From Nitrospinales bacterium (GTDB lineage: Bacteria; Nitrospinota; Nitrospinia; Nitrospinales; VA-1), in contig CBDCXL010000001.1 of assembly GCA_965223795.1 (NCBI GenBank), positions 1-64,000 of the forward strand: DNA of 64,000 nt. Reading direction: 5' to 3'. Made by a program: the position numbers and the translations under genes. The notes beneath the pieces were generated by a model. It saw only the letters and a program-made list of their open reading frames with translations. It searched no databases and was not told the DNA's origin. Below, one piece after another: positions 1-9,435 of the stretch. Numbering within the stretch: position 1 is the first letter of the stretch; every line of letters begins with the position of its first letter.

Positions 1-1035
1 GACGCCGAAATCGTAGCCGTTGGGTCCGTTCTGGCCCGCTTCCCGGTTGGCGTCCGTTTTAGGCAGTTTTTTTTCCTTTTTATCGATGAAAAAGGCGATG
101 TGATCGAAGGTTTCGTCTTTTCTGGCATTCGTGTTGAAAAGAGCGGTCTGAGTGGGGTGGACGTCAAGGAAGGGGAAATTGACGCGCGCCGCGTTTTGAC
201 CGGTCAGCAGCGTGCTGTTGAGCTGATGCAGTTTCAGAATGATATTGGAGAGTCTGACGGACGGGCTGTCGAAATTCATGTTCAGGTCGGCCAACAGAAT
301 GATGTTTTTAAAGTACATCCGCTTCGCCGCCTTGGCTCTATGAATGACCCAATCCATCAGGGCGAAAAACTCGCGCGTGCGCTCGTCCTTGCTCTTGCCA
401 TACAGGGTGTGCGCGTTGACGGCGAGAAATTCGATCGGGCCGGAGCCGTTCTTGCCGCGGATTGAGAAAGAGGCGCAATGCGGCGTGCGGATGAACGTTA
501 AAAAAGCGGGGTGCGCGACGTCGCTCAGGGTTCTGGGTTTTTTGCCCTGCTGCTTGCGGATAATATTGTCATTATCCAGATCAGTAAAGAATGTATTCCA
601 GGTGTCGATCCCCTGTTTCAGGGAGTGGATCACGATGGAGCGGTCGTACGAGATGTCGGAGACCAGCTCCTTCAGCTCGATCTTGGATGGGCGGTAGAAA
701 AAGGCCAGACGCTCGCGCAGGCCGCGCGAGCCCGGGAACGCTCCCGTTGTGTCGGACACCACCAGTTTGTAGCCCGAGCCCAGGGAATCGTGGAGACGGC
801 GTATGCCGGAGAGATCGTCCATCACTTCCTGGAGAGCCAACAGATCGAAACGGGAAACAAAGCGTTTTAAAAAATCCCAGTTTTTCGCCTTGTCCGTGTC
901 TTTGCCAAGCTTGAGAGCGTTGAAGGAACCGATGACGACCGAACCGCTGCGTCTTATGGGCAGGCCGAAACGTCTGGGGTTCTGCCCAAGCGTGTGATTG
1001 ATCTTTTGCCACTGAAGATCGGTGAATCCGGCCAT
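1..1035 (-). CDS. Endonuclease/exonuclease/phosphatase (DNase I-like) family protein, runs off the window edge
   Basis: Not in the ORF track. Manual translation from ATG at 1035 gives MAGFTDLQW...GSFNALKLG...FDLLALQEV...ERLAFFY...NAHTLYG...IILLADLN...TNARKDETFDHI, the typical EEP motif order. Confidence 0.8.
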   Translation of the reverse strand, partial: MAGFTDLQWQKINHTLGQNPRRFGLPIRRSGSVVIGSFNALKLGKDTDKAKNWDFLKRFVSRFDLLALQEVMDDLSGIRRLHDSLGSGYKLVVSDTTGAFPGSRGLRERLAFFYRPSKIELKELVSDISYDRSIVIHSLKQGIDTWNTFFTDLDNDNIIRKQQGKKPRTLSDVAHPAFLTFIRTPHCASFSIRGKNGSGPIEFLAVNAHTLYGKSKDERTREFFALMDWVIHRAKAAKRMYFKNIILLADLNMNFDSPSVRLSNIILKLHQLNSTLLTGQNAARVNFPFLDVHPTQTALFNTNARKDETFDHIAFFIDKKEKKLPKTDANREAGQNGPNGYDFGV

Positions 1036-1197
1036 GGTCCAGGAATTTGCATCAAAGAGGCCCGTTCATTAAGGCAGGTCGTTTGGGCACATCGGCGGGC
1101 AAAAATATATTAGGGCAAAAGGATGGGACCTGGCAATGAAAAACAAATGCCCTTCGGCTACTATTATTCTAAGGAAATGCGGAGGATGAAGAGGTGT

Positions 1198-1869
1198 TCA
1201 AAAATTGTAACGAAGCCCGACGGATAATGAGAAACTGTCGTACTCCGATTCGAGATCGACAAAATCGACAGGCGCGGGACCGCCGAAGCGTGTCAGTTCC
1301 GGGTCGTCGAGTACGAAAAAGCGGGCGTCGCCTACCAGGGAGATTTCCCGGGTGAGCAGATACTCTCCCCCTATGAGCAGCTGGTATGCGAAGGCGGTAT
1401 CATCGTCGTCGATGAACGCCGCGGCATAACTGACATCGGCTTCGATGTTGGCAATCCCGATGCCCACGCCGACAAATGGTTTGAATCGCTTGGATAAAAG
1501 ATTGAAGTCGTAATACAGGTTCACCAGACCCGCCAGCACCTCTTCCTCGCCCCGGCCGTTTTGTTCCGCGCCGTTGAAAAAGATTTCATCGACGTCGTTT
1601 TCACGGTAGGACAATTCGGCTTCCGCGCGGAACCGGCCGAATTCGCTGCCGCGGAATTTGTAGCCGAGGTGGCCGGAGAACAAAAGGCCGGTGTCGAAAT
1701 CCAGGTCCACGGCGCGGCTGGGGCCGAGGTTCTGCTGATCTTCCTGGTAATTCAAACCCAGATTGATTCCCGTGTACCATCCACTGTCGGCCGCTGCGTT
1801 TGAGGCCGTGAGGAATACAACCGCGACGACGGCGAGAAGATGTTGTTTTGTGTTCGGCATGATGAGCAT
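1198..1869 (-). CDS. Outer-membrane beta-barrel protein (8-stranded OmpA/OmpW-like)
   Basis: Signal peptide, GWYTG N-terminus, FRAEAELSY, NLYYDF, PFVGVGIG, C-terminal GLRYNF barrel signal. Confidence 0.85.
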   Translation of the reverse strand: MLIMPNTKQHLLAVVAVVFLTASNAAADSGWYTGINLGLNYQEDQQNLGPSRAVDLDFDTGLLFSGHLGYKFRGSEFGRFRAEAELSYRENDVDEIFFNGAEQNGRGEEEVLAGLVNLYYDFNLLSKRFKPFVGVGIGIANIEADVSYAAAFIDDDDTAFAYQLLIGGEYLLTREISLVGDARFFVLDDPELTRFGGPAPVDFVDLESEYDSFSLSVGLRYNF

Positions 1870-2251
1870 TCCCGTTTTTGATTGTGTGGGTCCTGCACTG
1901 GCTGTATTCAGAATAAGTTATATTGAGAGTGGGAAGAGGGCGTGCGTCACATGCAAGGGTGATTTGCGCTACAGTCCGCAGGAATTGCGGCTTGCTGTGC
2001 CGGGGAAAATGAGACAAAAATGGCAATTAAAACCGGTTTATTAGAAGTTTTAGCAGGGCAGGGCGGCGTGCGTGGGACTGGCGGGAAAATTTAAAAATTT
2101 TCAGGCAGGTGGTTTGATATGGAGAAGTGTTCCAGGCAGGGCTGGTGGAGTGAAAAGGTTTACTTGGGCCAATCTGCAGACCAAGCGGAGGAGGGCAATA
2201 TTTAATAGAGGCCCGCTTGATTACGAATGGGTGGTGAAGCAAAAAAATGAA

Positions 2252-2932
2252 TTATTTGGCTCCCGCTGATTCCAGGATCTTCACAATTTCGGTGAACCCT
2301 TTTTGCCGGGCATGTTGAAGTGAAGTGACCCCATCGTTGTCCGCGATGTTCATATCCGCACCCGCATCGACGAGCAGCTTCACGATTTCCTGATGCCGGG
2401 GCCCGCCGTTGCTGAGAATGACGGCTTCCAGCAACGCAGTCCATCCCAGGTGATTGACATGGTCGATATCCACATCCGTTTCGAGCAGAGTTTTGACAAC
2501 CTCCACGTGTCCCCGTTCGCAGGCCGGGATCAAAGGCGTTCCGCCGAAACGATTGTACAGGCTGAAGTCGGGATTGGCTTGCAGAATCATCTTTAGGATT
2601 TCAAGACGGCCTTCCGCTCCAGCCAGCAAGAGCGGGCTGTCCTCCCTGTTGTCCTGCGCATTCACATCGGCGCCGGAATCGATCAGTGATTTTGCGATTT
2701 CAATGCGGTTTAAGGAAACCGCGACGAGCAGAGCCGTGCGTCCCTGTCGATCGCGGCTGTCCACGTTCACCCCCTGCCGCAAGAGTTTCCGGACTGTGGA
2801 ATTGTCGCTCTGTTTCACGGCTTCGATCAAGGCTTGCGGGCCATCGGTCACGGCAAAACTCAGACCGGCGAAAAACAGGACTGCCGCCCACGAACTCAGG
2901 CTCAGAAAATGTAAATGTTTCCGTGTTCTCAT
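2252..2932 (-). CDS. Ankyrin-repeat protein, probably exported
   Basis: Repeated G.T[AP]L..A...G..EIVK.LL..GADVN units after a hydrophobic N-terminus. Confidence 0.92.
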   Translation of the reverse strand: MRTRKHLHFLSLSSWAAVLFFAGLSFAVTDGPQALIEAVKQSDNSTVRKLLRQGVNVDSRDRQGRTALLVAVSLNRIEIAKSLIDSGADVNAQDNREDSPLLLAGAEGRLEILKMILQANPDFSLYNRFGGTPLIPACERGHVEVVKTLLETDVDIDHVNHLGWTALLEAVILSNGGPRHQEIVKLLVDAGADMNIADNDGVTSLQHARQKGFTEIVKILESAGAK

Positions 2933-3399
2933 TTCGGCTTTTGTTGAGGTGAAAACTCCATTTTAATCATTTGATCCGGGTGAGAGGTCGGCGCATGTCG
3001 CCTGAGGAGCCGGAATCCTTAAAATAACAGATAAAGATCGTCTTACTGGGTTTGGGTGTTGCTTCTTTACATGGCACTTCGAAATATCGATCTTCGGAAT
3101 GACAAGCTATTTGACTTCAATATGTCGAAAATAAAAATTTGGAATTTGTCAAAAAAACAGGTGTGCGTAATACAGGGTCGACGAACAAGCCGACAAGAGT
3201 TATATTGTCGAAACTAAAGTATAAGTTACATGGTAATTTGACTGATATGGTAGGTTACAAGGAGCACCATTCGAACACCTTTCATATACAGGAAAAGGCA
3301 TTCTGATAAAGATTGTAGAAAAGTGGCTTCTTGATCAGAACCAGTGTTTTTCCACCCCAAGTGAGTCTCTCAATCGGTTTTCAAATAAGGGAGAAAGTC

Positions 3400-5025
3400 A
3401 TGGCCGGCCACATCTTAAAACAACTCACAAACAAGTTATCACTTGCATGCTTGATTGGAATCAGTCTGTTTTTCATGAGTCCTCAATTTGGGGAGGCGGT
3501 TACCGAGCAGGAGGCTGAACTGCAATCAGAAATCATGGCATTTTATGAGAGTGCTCAGTACAAAAAAGCGCTTCCCTTTGCATTGAAAATGCTTGAGTTG
3601 AAAAAAGATATCTATGGTGTTGAGCATCTGGAAGTCGCCACAATCTTGAACAACATTGGGGACATCCATTTTAAGGATAAAAATTACTCAGATGCGGAGG
3701 TCAATTACCTCCGGGCGTTAAAACTGTCGCAAAAATTACTGGGAACCGATCATTTGCAGGTTGCCCTTAACATGCACAGCTTGGGGGATGTTTACAGGGA
3801 ATCCGGCGTCTTTTCCCGTTCCGAGAAATTCTATCAACTTGCGATACGCATACGCGAAAACGCTCTCGGGGCGGACGATCAATATGTGGCGAACTCCCTC
3901 AATAATCTTGCAGAGCTTTATAAAAACGAGAAGTTGTATAAAAAGGCCGAACCCCTTTACCTGCGCTCTCTTAAGATATACGAAGGCGCCCTTGAGCCGG
4001 GTCACCGGCATACCGCGATCGTCCTCAATAACCTCTCGAGTTTGTATCAGATTCGTGGAGAGTACAGCAAGGCCATTCCGTTTTATGAGCGGTTGATAAA
4101 GATGAGCGAGCAGAGGCCCTTTATTGGACGTCATGGTGGGGTCGGCAGCCCCCATACCGTCAACTATCCTAAAGTGGTCGCATTGCATAATCTGGACGGG
4201 GATGAGGAAAGCTCCGGCAGCATCATGGCCATATTTGAAGCGGACAGCTTTGACAATGTCGATCCGGAAGGATATGAGGTTTTGCATAGCTCTATTTCCG
4301 GCAATCGAAATCAGGACCCTCTTCAGAATTATGCAGCTCTCGGCACCACAATCCATGAACAGAAAATGGATTTCATATCCTATAAGGAAAAAGCGGCAGA
4401 GGTGAAAAAAGAGCAAGTCGCAAGCCTGGGTTCCTCTGCAAAAAAAATCGAACTGGACGAGGTGAACCTGAAACCGGTGCTGAAGGGGCTGTACAGGGAA
4501 ACCCTTACGGTCAATCCGCAGGCGGCCGTCAATGAAAGCAAATCCCTTTCAAAAGAACCGGAAAACACCAAGCCCACGGTTAGCCGACCCTCCGGTGAAG
4601 TCGGAAAGCGCCGGAAAAGCATTCAAAATGATGAGAATTATAAAGTAAGGTATAAGAACAACCGTAACGCAGCTAAAGAGGCCGCCGAATACGCAAGGGA
4701 AGAAGCCAGCGAGCAGGCCAAAGAAAATCAGCAGGAAGCGAAAGAAACGGCCAAGGAAGCGAAAAAGGCGGCCAAGCAGGTGGCGAAGGAAGCCAAAGTA
4801 GCGGCGAAAGAAGCCGCGAAGGAAGCGAAAAAAGCAGCGAAAGAAACGGCTAAACAAGCAAAAAAAGAAGCCGCTAAAGAAGCGAAAAAAGCAGCCAAGG
4901 CGGCCGTGAAGGAAGCGAAAAAGGCAGCGAAGGAAATCGCAAAAGAAGCAAAGAAGGCTGCAAAGGAAGCTGCAAAAGAAACTGCCAAGGAGGCAGCCAA
5001 AAAAGCCAAAAAAGGAAAAGGGTGA
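3400..5025 (+). CDS. TPR-repeat protein with long Lys/Glu/Ala-rich C-terminal tail
   Basis: Kinesin-light-chain-like TPRs (VATILNNIG, VANSLNNLAELY, KAEPLYLRSL). ATG at 3400 follows GGGAG; the ORF track starts at 3331. Confidence 0.85.
   Translation: MAGHILKQLTNKLSLACLIGISLFFMSPQFGEAVTEQEAELQSEIMAFYESAQYKKALPFALKMLELKKDIYGVEHLEVATILNNIGDIHFKDKNYSDAEVNYLRALKLSQKLLGTDHLQVALNMHSLGDVYRESGVFSRSEKFYQLAIRIRENALGADDQYVANSLNNLAELYKNEKLYKKAEPLYLRSLKIYEGALEPGHRHTAIVLNNLSSLYQIRGEYSKAIPFYERLIKMSEQRPFIGRHGGVGSPHTVNYPKVVALHNLDGDEESSGSIMAIFEADSFDNVDPEGYEVLHSSISGNRNQDPLQNYAALGTTIHEQKMDFISYKEKAAEVKKEQVASLGSSAKKIELDEVNLKPVLKGLYRETLTVNPQAAVNESKSLSKEPENTKPTVSRPSGEVGKRRKSIQNDENYKVRYKNNRNAAKEAAEYAREEASEQAKENQQEAKETAKEAKKAAKQVAKEAKVAAKEAAKEAKKAAKETAKQAKKEAAKEAKKAAKAAVKEAKKAAKEIAKEAKKAAKEAAKETAKEAAKKAKKGKG
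4660..5015 (+). repeat. Coding low-complexity repeat (AKEAKKAAKEA-like, about 11-aa units)
   Basis: Translation ...AKETAKEAKKAAKQVAKEAKVAAKEAAKEAKKAAKETAK...; codons are degenerate between units. Confidence 0.85.
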
Positions 5026-5106
5026 GTGGCCATTTTCCGGAATAATTACGCAGCATGCAGGGAAACGCAATTTGGCAGATTAAAATCTCGAACTTGTTGA
5101 GCGAAT

Positions 5107-6117
5107 ATGGAGTTGGATGATCCGGAAAACCACTTTTCAAAGAAAGGCTCCGGCGATGGTTTATCTTCCTGTTTATTTTTCACGGGTAAAACCAGGGTGA
5201 ACCATCTTTTAAAATACTCGGGCCTTTGCGCGGTTGTTCTGTTTTTATTTCTTTCGGTTCCTGCTGAGCTGATGGCTGAGGAAAGCGAGGACAAGCCCTG
5301 GGGACTTGGCGCCAGTATCGGTCTGGAGTACGACGACAACTTGACCCGTGTCGAGCAGGACATTGTTTCCGGGGATTCAGATCACGCTTACATCTTCGAG
5401 GCTTATGGGAGTTACAAGTTCTGGGAGCGGGCGGGGCTTGAACTGGAAGCGGGTTACGATTTTTACCAGAGTCTTTACGACGATAGAACCGATTTTGATT
5501 TCCAGTCGCATAGTTTCAATCTTTCCGCTGCGCAGGATGCCGGGAAACTCGATTTTGGGGCCGATTACAGCTACATCTACACCACGCTGGGTGGGGATGA
5601 TTTTTTAGGGCTGCATCTGTTCATCCCCCGTGTGGGGATTGCGATCACGCCGAAATTGTACACGGACATCAATTATATATTGCAGGGCAAGAATTTTTTC
5701 GAGGACGACGACCGGGACGCCACAAATCATTCCGTAGGGATCACCCAGTTCCTGTTTTTCATGCAAAGCCGGGCATACGTGAACGCGGGTTTCCGCCTGG
5801 AGGTGGAGGATGCGGATGGAGATGAATTCGATTATTTCGGGCCGGTTCTTAAACTGGGTGCCAAGTTGCCGGGTCCCTGGGAAACGATATGGAAAGCCTC
5901 CTGGCAGTATCAGTTTCGCGACTACAGTGATATCACCCCGAGCATCGGGGAGGAGCGGGAAGACGAAAAAAATACGTTTCAGTTATCCGCCATCAAACCG
6001 CTTGCAAAATTTTTGGACGTCAAGCTGGAATATGAGCACATTGCCAGCGATTCCAACCTTCCCACCGTAGACTTCAACGAAAATATCGTCACCCTGTCAC
6101 TGGCGGCCCACTTTTAA
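5107..6117 (+). CDS. Outer-membrane beta-barrel protein (DUF560/Slam-barrel-like)
   Basis: Signal peptide, SIGLEYDDN first strand, alternating aromatic strands, R(E)DEK motif, C-terminal Phe. The true start is probably GTG at about 5197. Confidence 0.7.
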   Translation: MELDDPENHFSKKGSGDGLSSCLFFTGKTRVNHLLKYSGLCAVVLFLFLSVPAELMAEESEDKPWGLGASIGLEYDDNLTRVEQDIVSGDSDHAYIFEAYGSYKFWERAGLELEAGYDFYQSLYDDRTDFDFQSHSFNLSAAQDAGKLDFGADYSYIYTTLGGDDFLGLHLFIPRVGIAITPKLYTDINYILQGKNFFEDDDRDATNHSVGITQFLFFMQSRAYVNAGFRLEVEDADGDEFDYFGPVLKLGAKLPGPWETIWKASWQYQFRDYSDITPSIGEEREDEKNTFQLSAIKPLAKFLDVKLEYEHIASDSNLPTVDFNENIVTLSLAAHF

Positions 6118-6201
6118 TTTTCCAGAAGAAAATCACCCCTCCTGCTTCCCATACCTGCATAAAGAAAAAGGGCCCATGGAATCATGAGCCCTTGTAAGTG
6201 C

Positions 6202-6240
6202 TGGTCGGGATGAGAGATTGGAGCCTTTGGCCCCTTCGTC
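6202..6240 (-). repeat. Decayed 3' half of tRNA-Pro (att-like site 1)
   Basis: tggtcgggatgagag-attggagcctttggccccttcgtc aligns to 29688-29727 with 1 gap and 4 mismatches. It is flanked by a hairpin and A-run at about 6165-6193. Confidence 0.85.
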
Positions 6241-6242
6241 AA

Positions 6243-7556
6243 TTATAATTGCTGCCAGGATAATATGGAAATATGGTCGCTGAAAAACGGGGAGCTGCCG
6301 CTGCAGTCGTAGGTGACGGTCAAGCTTCCCGAAATGCTGCTTTCCGGGGTCACGAGGTTTTCCGCATCGAATTTATCGGCGGAGATGACGTAACCGACCA
6401 GATCCACCGTTCCGGAAATGCTCATCTGCTCCCCGGCGTACATCATGCCAGTGATGGTGTTAGAAGGATTGCCGGCAAATTCCAGATCCGTTTCCGCAAC
6501 CAGAAACAGCTGGTCGATGTCCGGTGAGGGACCTCCCTGGAAGTTTGTCATATCCGGAGAGGCTCCCACGTCGATGTAACCCTCGGATATGATCGTGGTG
6601 TTCCAGGGGGAGGGGGAACCCAGTACATTGATATCCCCTTCCACATAAAATATTCCATCCGCCACATTCGTGCCGTTGACCTTCCAAAGACCACCCGGTC
6701 GGGAAATGTCCCCAAAAAGCGCGTTGCCGTCTCCAGTGGTGGACCAGGTCCAGTTTGGGCCGGAATTTGTGTACACATTGCCGGTGCTTTGTTCCTCAAT
6801 TGTCCCGTCGCTTCTCAATATGTAATGGGCATACGTCCTGTAATCCGTGACGTTCACGATCGGGATGGGCTGTTCCGCGGCACCGGATGCTGTACAGGAA
6901 GCGCCGGAGCAGTTGCCGGATGCGGTGGTGCCCTGCGAGGCGGTGCCGCTGACGCCGGACTGGTTGAATCCAGAGTTGGTATGAATGCTGCCGCAGGCTC
7001 CAGAAACCGTGAACGAACCGGAGCCGGTCAGGTCTCCCTTCGTGGTGATGGCGGAACCCGGCGTGAACGTGGGCCTGTTGACCAGGGCTTCGATGGTTGC
7101 CGTCACACCATTGCGGGTGGCGGTGGAGGTCAACACGATTGTGTGGTCGATGTCGTCGTCCGTATCGCCATCGTTGTCGTCGTTGTCGGACGCGGTGACC
7201 GTAAACGTTCCACCTCCGAAAGAAATATTGTTGAAGCTTGCAGGCCAGTTGCTGCCGTCGATTTCGTCATCGAACCCGTTTCCGGCTTCTCCCGGGCTGT
7301 CGCCCGCGGCATCGTAATTGAAAAAATTGATCGCGTTTTGAATTCCGGTTTCCGCGATATAAAACGCTTCGCGTGATTTTTTGTAGCGAGCCGTTCGCTT
7401 CACATCCTGGGAAGCGTATTGCGTTCCGACCGCCATCAGGAGAATGAGGACGATGCTCAGAATGAACACCACTCCGAGAGCGAGTCCTTTCTCATTGCCA
7501 ATGTAGTTCCAGAACCGATTTTTTTGAAAGCGAAGCTTGAGGAAATTCATGGTCAT
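6243..7556 (-). CDS. PilX N-terminal domain type IV minor pilin / pilus assembly protein
   Basis: NEKG|LALGVVFILSIVLILL pilin-like N-terminus, AFYIAETGI PilX motif, Gly/Ser/Thr-rich beta C-terminal domain. Confidence 0.8.
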   Translation of the reverse strand: MTMNFLKLRFQKNRFWNYIGNEKGLALGVVFILSIVLILLMAVGTQYASQDVKRTARYKKSREAFYIAETGIQNAINFFNYDAAGDSPGEAGNGFDDEIDGSNWPASFNNISFGGGTFTVTASDNDDNDGDTDDDIDHTIVLTSTATRNGVTATIEALVNRPTFTPGSAITTKGDLTGSGSFTVSGACGSIHTNSGFNQSGVSGTASQGTTASGNCSGASCTASGAAEQPIPIVNVTDYRTYAHYILRSDGTIEEQSTGNVYTNSGPNWTWSTTGDGNALFGDISRPGGLWKVNGTNVADGIFYVEGDINVLGSPSPWNTTIISEGYIDVGASPDMTNFQGGPSPDIDQLFLVAETDLEFAGNPSNTITGMMYAGEQMSISGTVDLVGYVISADKFDAENLVTPESSISGSLTVTYDCSGSSPFFSDHISILSWQQL

Positions 7557-7559
7557 ATC

Positions 7560-8339
7560 CTACGAGTTTCTCATGTTGATATCGGTTTTAAAATCGATGA
7601 CGAAATTCGGGTGGTTGGGATCCACCAGACTCACTTCCAGTACCACTTTTTCCACTTCGGCGGGTGTGGCTGCACCGGCGTAATCCAGCGACAGCCCCGT
7701 TGCGGAGACCACATCCGGAACCAGAATGATGGTGCTGCCATCGATGGTTCGCGTGATATCGGTTCCCGTGAGAGTGATGGTGACGTCGTTGTACTTGTTG
7801 ACCATCACGAGGTTGGTGTTGATGCCATACACGTAATCGTTGAGCAGGGCGGAACCCAGATTGAGCGTTCCCGCCGTGGTGCCGGTCACCGTGTTGGTTT
7901 CAAAAATTTTCAGATTCGGGTCGTAGATGACGATCTTGTCGCCATTGGCGAATCCCGTTTCATCGATGACCGTGATCGCCGTGCTGCCGGAAGCGGCGGC
8001 AACGGTTCCCGGACAGGCCGTGCAGGGCGGCGTGGTGGTCCGGATATCATTTTGATTGGTGCGATAGGATAAAGACGTCGGGCTGATCGCCGTGAAACCC
8101 GCATTGGGAGGCAGGCCGAACCCTGCCATCTTGATTTCTTCCGTGAGCTGGTCCACCGCTTCCCGGCCTTTCGCCCGGATACTGGTGGAAACGTTTTCAT
8201 CCGCCAGAACGGTGTTCTGTTTGTTGAACGAAAGGGTGGCCGCTCCGATCACGATCAGGGAGATGACCATGGCCACCAGGATTTCCACCATGCTGGCTCC
8301 CCGTTCGTTCTTAATGGATATGTGTTTTCCTGAAGGCAT
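7560..8339 (-). CDS. PilW-like type IV minor pilin
   Basis: Prepilin site NERG|ASMVEILVAMVISLIVIG and L.EEIKMAGF motif. Confidence 0.8.
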   Translation of the reverse strand: MPSGKHISIKNERGASMVEILVAMVISLIVIGAATLSFNKQNTVLADENVSTSIRAKGREAVDQLTEEIKMAGFGLPPNAGFTAISPTSLSYRTNQNDIRTTTPPCTACPGTVAAASGSTAITVIDETGFANGDKIVIYDPNLKIFETNTVTGTTAGTLNLGSALLNDYVYGINTNLVMVNKYNDVTITLTGTDITRTIDGSTIILVPDVVSATGLSLDYAGAATPAEVEKVVLEVSLVDPNHPNFVIDFKTDINMRNS

Positions 8340-8348
8340 CCGCTATTC

Positions 8349-8849
8349 CTATTGGGTGATTCGCGTGCTCAACTGGAAGGTCTGAGTGCCCTCGTCCTGC
8401 CAGCTTATATTCATCACGATTTCATATAAAAAGTTCTCAGTCGGAACGGGGCTGATCGTCCAGGTGCGTGTGTAGGTGCCGCCGGCCGTGGGATTGCCTT
8501 CCGCATCCACGGTTTCTCCTCCCGGGTTTGACGACCAGATACCGCCGGACACATCTGGTGAATCCAGACCGTCGCCGCCGGAAAGCAGCCAGCCACGGGC
8601 TTTGTTTCTGAAATATTCGATTTTGTCCTGAGCCAGAGTGGTCGCTATGGTCACTTTTTCGCTTCTCGCGTTGTGGTCCACGATCGTGCTGGTGAGACCC
8701 GTCATTCCCAGGATTCCGACCGTGAGGATGGCCAACGCGATCATCGCTTCAATCAGGCTGAAACCCTCCTGGTTCCTTATCAGGGTTGCAAACCGCAAAC
8801 GATGAGTTTTATTTTTTATATTGGGCTCTGCGATATGGACGTCTTGCAT
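8349..8849 (-). CDS. PilV-like type IV minor pilin
   Basis: Class III signal G|FSLIEAMIALAILTVGILG, ATTLAQDKIE, YTRTWTI. Confidence 0.85.
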   Translation of the reverse strand: MQDVHIAEPNIKNKTHRLRFATLIRNQEGFSLIEAMIALAILTVGILGMTGLTSTIVDHNARSEKVTIATTLAQDKIEYFRNKARGWLLSGGDGLDSPDVSGGIWSSNPGGETVDAEGNPTAGGTYTRTWTISPVPTENFLYEIVMNISWQDEGTQTFQLSTRITQ

Positions 8850-9003
8850 GTTCTCTATACCGAACTTTCACAGTATTTCGATCGAAAAGTGTCATTCGAG
8901 CGAATATCGTTATAAAAATGATACTGATTGTTAAAGGTGCCATTAATGTGTTACCGCATTTGGGTTGTGTTTAAACTATTTTAACCAAAAGTGGGCATAT
9001 GGC

Positions 9004-9041
9004 TGTGATCTGGGTTACATTATATTGTGACTGGAGTCACA
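9004..9041. promoter_or_regulatory. Two tandem CRP-family-like boxes
   Basis: TGTGA-N6-TTACA (9004-9019) and perfect TGTGA-N6-TCACA (9026-9041), upstream of the pilin operon. Confidence 0.55.
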
Positions 9042-9354
9042 CTTGCGCCGGATCCGGCTCGTTTTCTTAAATAACTATAAATACTTCAATGTATTAATGG
9101 TTCGCCCGATAGAATGTCACGATTTTCTCCAGAAACCGGGGAATGGGCGCCGAGATTATCGGATATCCCAATTTTTCAGTGCTTCTGATGATCGGTTCAA
9201 GGATAGAGGGAAAAGGGAGTCATCTTGCCTGATTTGCGTGGAGCGGGGTATGGATGCAGGGCTTGAGGTCGCAGAAAATGCAAACACCCTGTTCAGCCCA
9301 TATGATATGAGCTAAAAAAAGGCTTATGGAAAAACCCATGAGCCTTGCAAATAC

Positions 9355-9396
9355 TGGTCGGGATGGGAGATTGGAGCCTCCGGCCCCTTCGTCCCG
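9355..9396 (-). repeat. Decayed 3' half of tRNA-Pro (att-like site 2)
   Basis: tggtcgggatgggag-attggagcctccggccccttcgtcccg aligns to 29688-29730 and reaches the anticodon. Adjacent hairpin aaggcttatgg...ccatgagcctt with A-run. Confidence 0.88.
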
Positions 9397-9435
9397 GCCT
9401 ACGGCTTTGTGTTCGTTTTCATCAAATGGTGGGGA

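Noticed and set aside
4660..5015. CRISPR-like or non-coding tandem repeat
   Set aside because: The repeats are degenerate at synonymous positions, in frame, and have no spacers. No CRISPR array or cas gene was seen in the window.
6202..9396. The tRNA-like segments as functional tRNA genes
   Set aside because: Only the 3' half is present and the T-loop is damaged.
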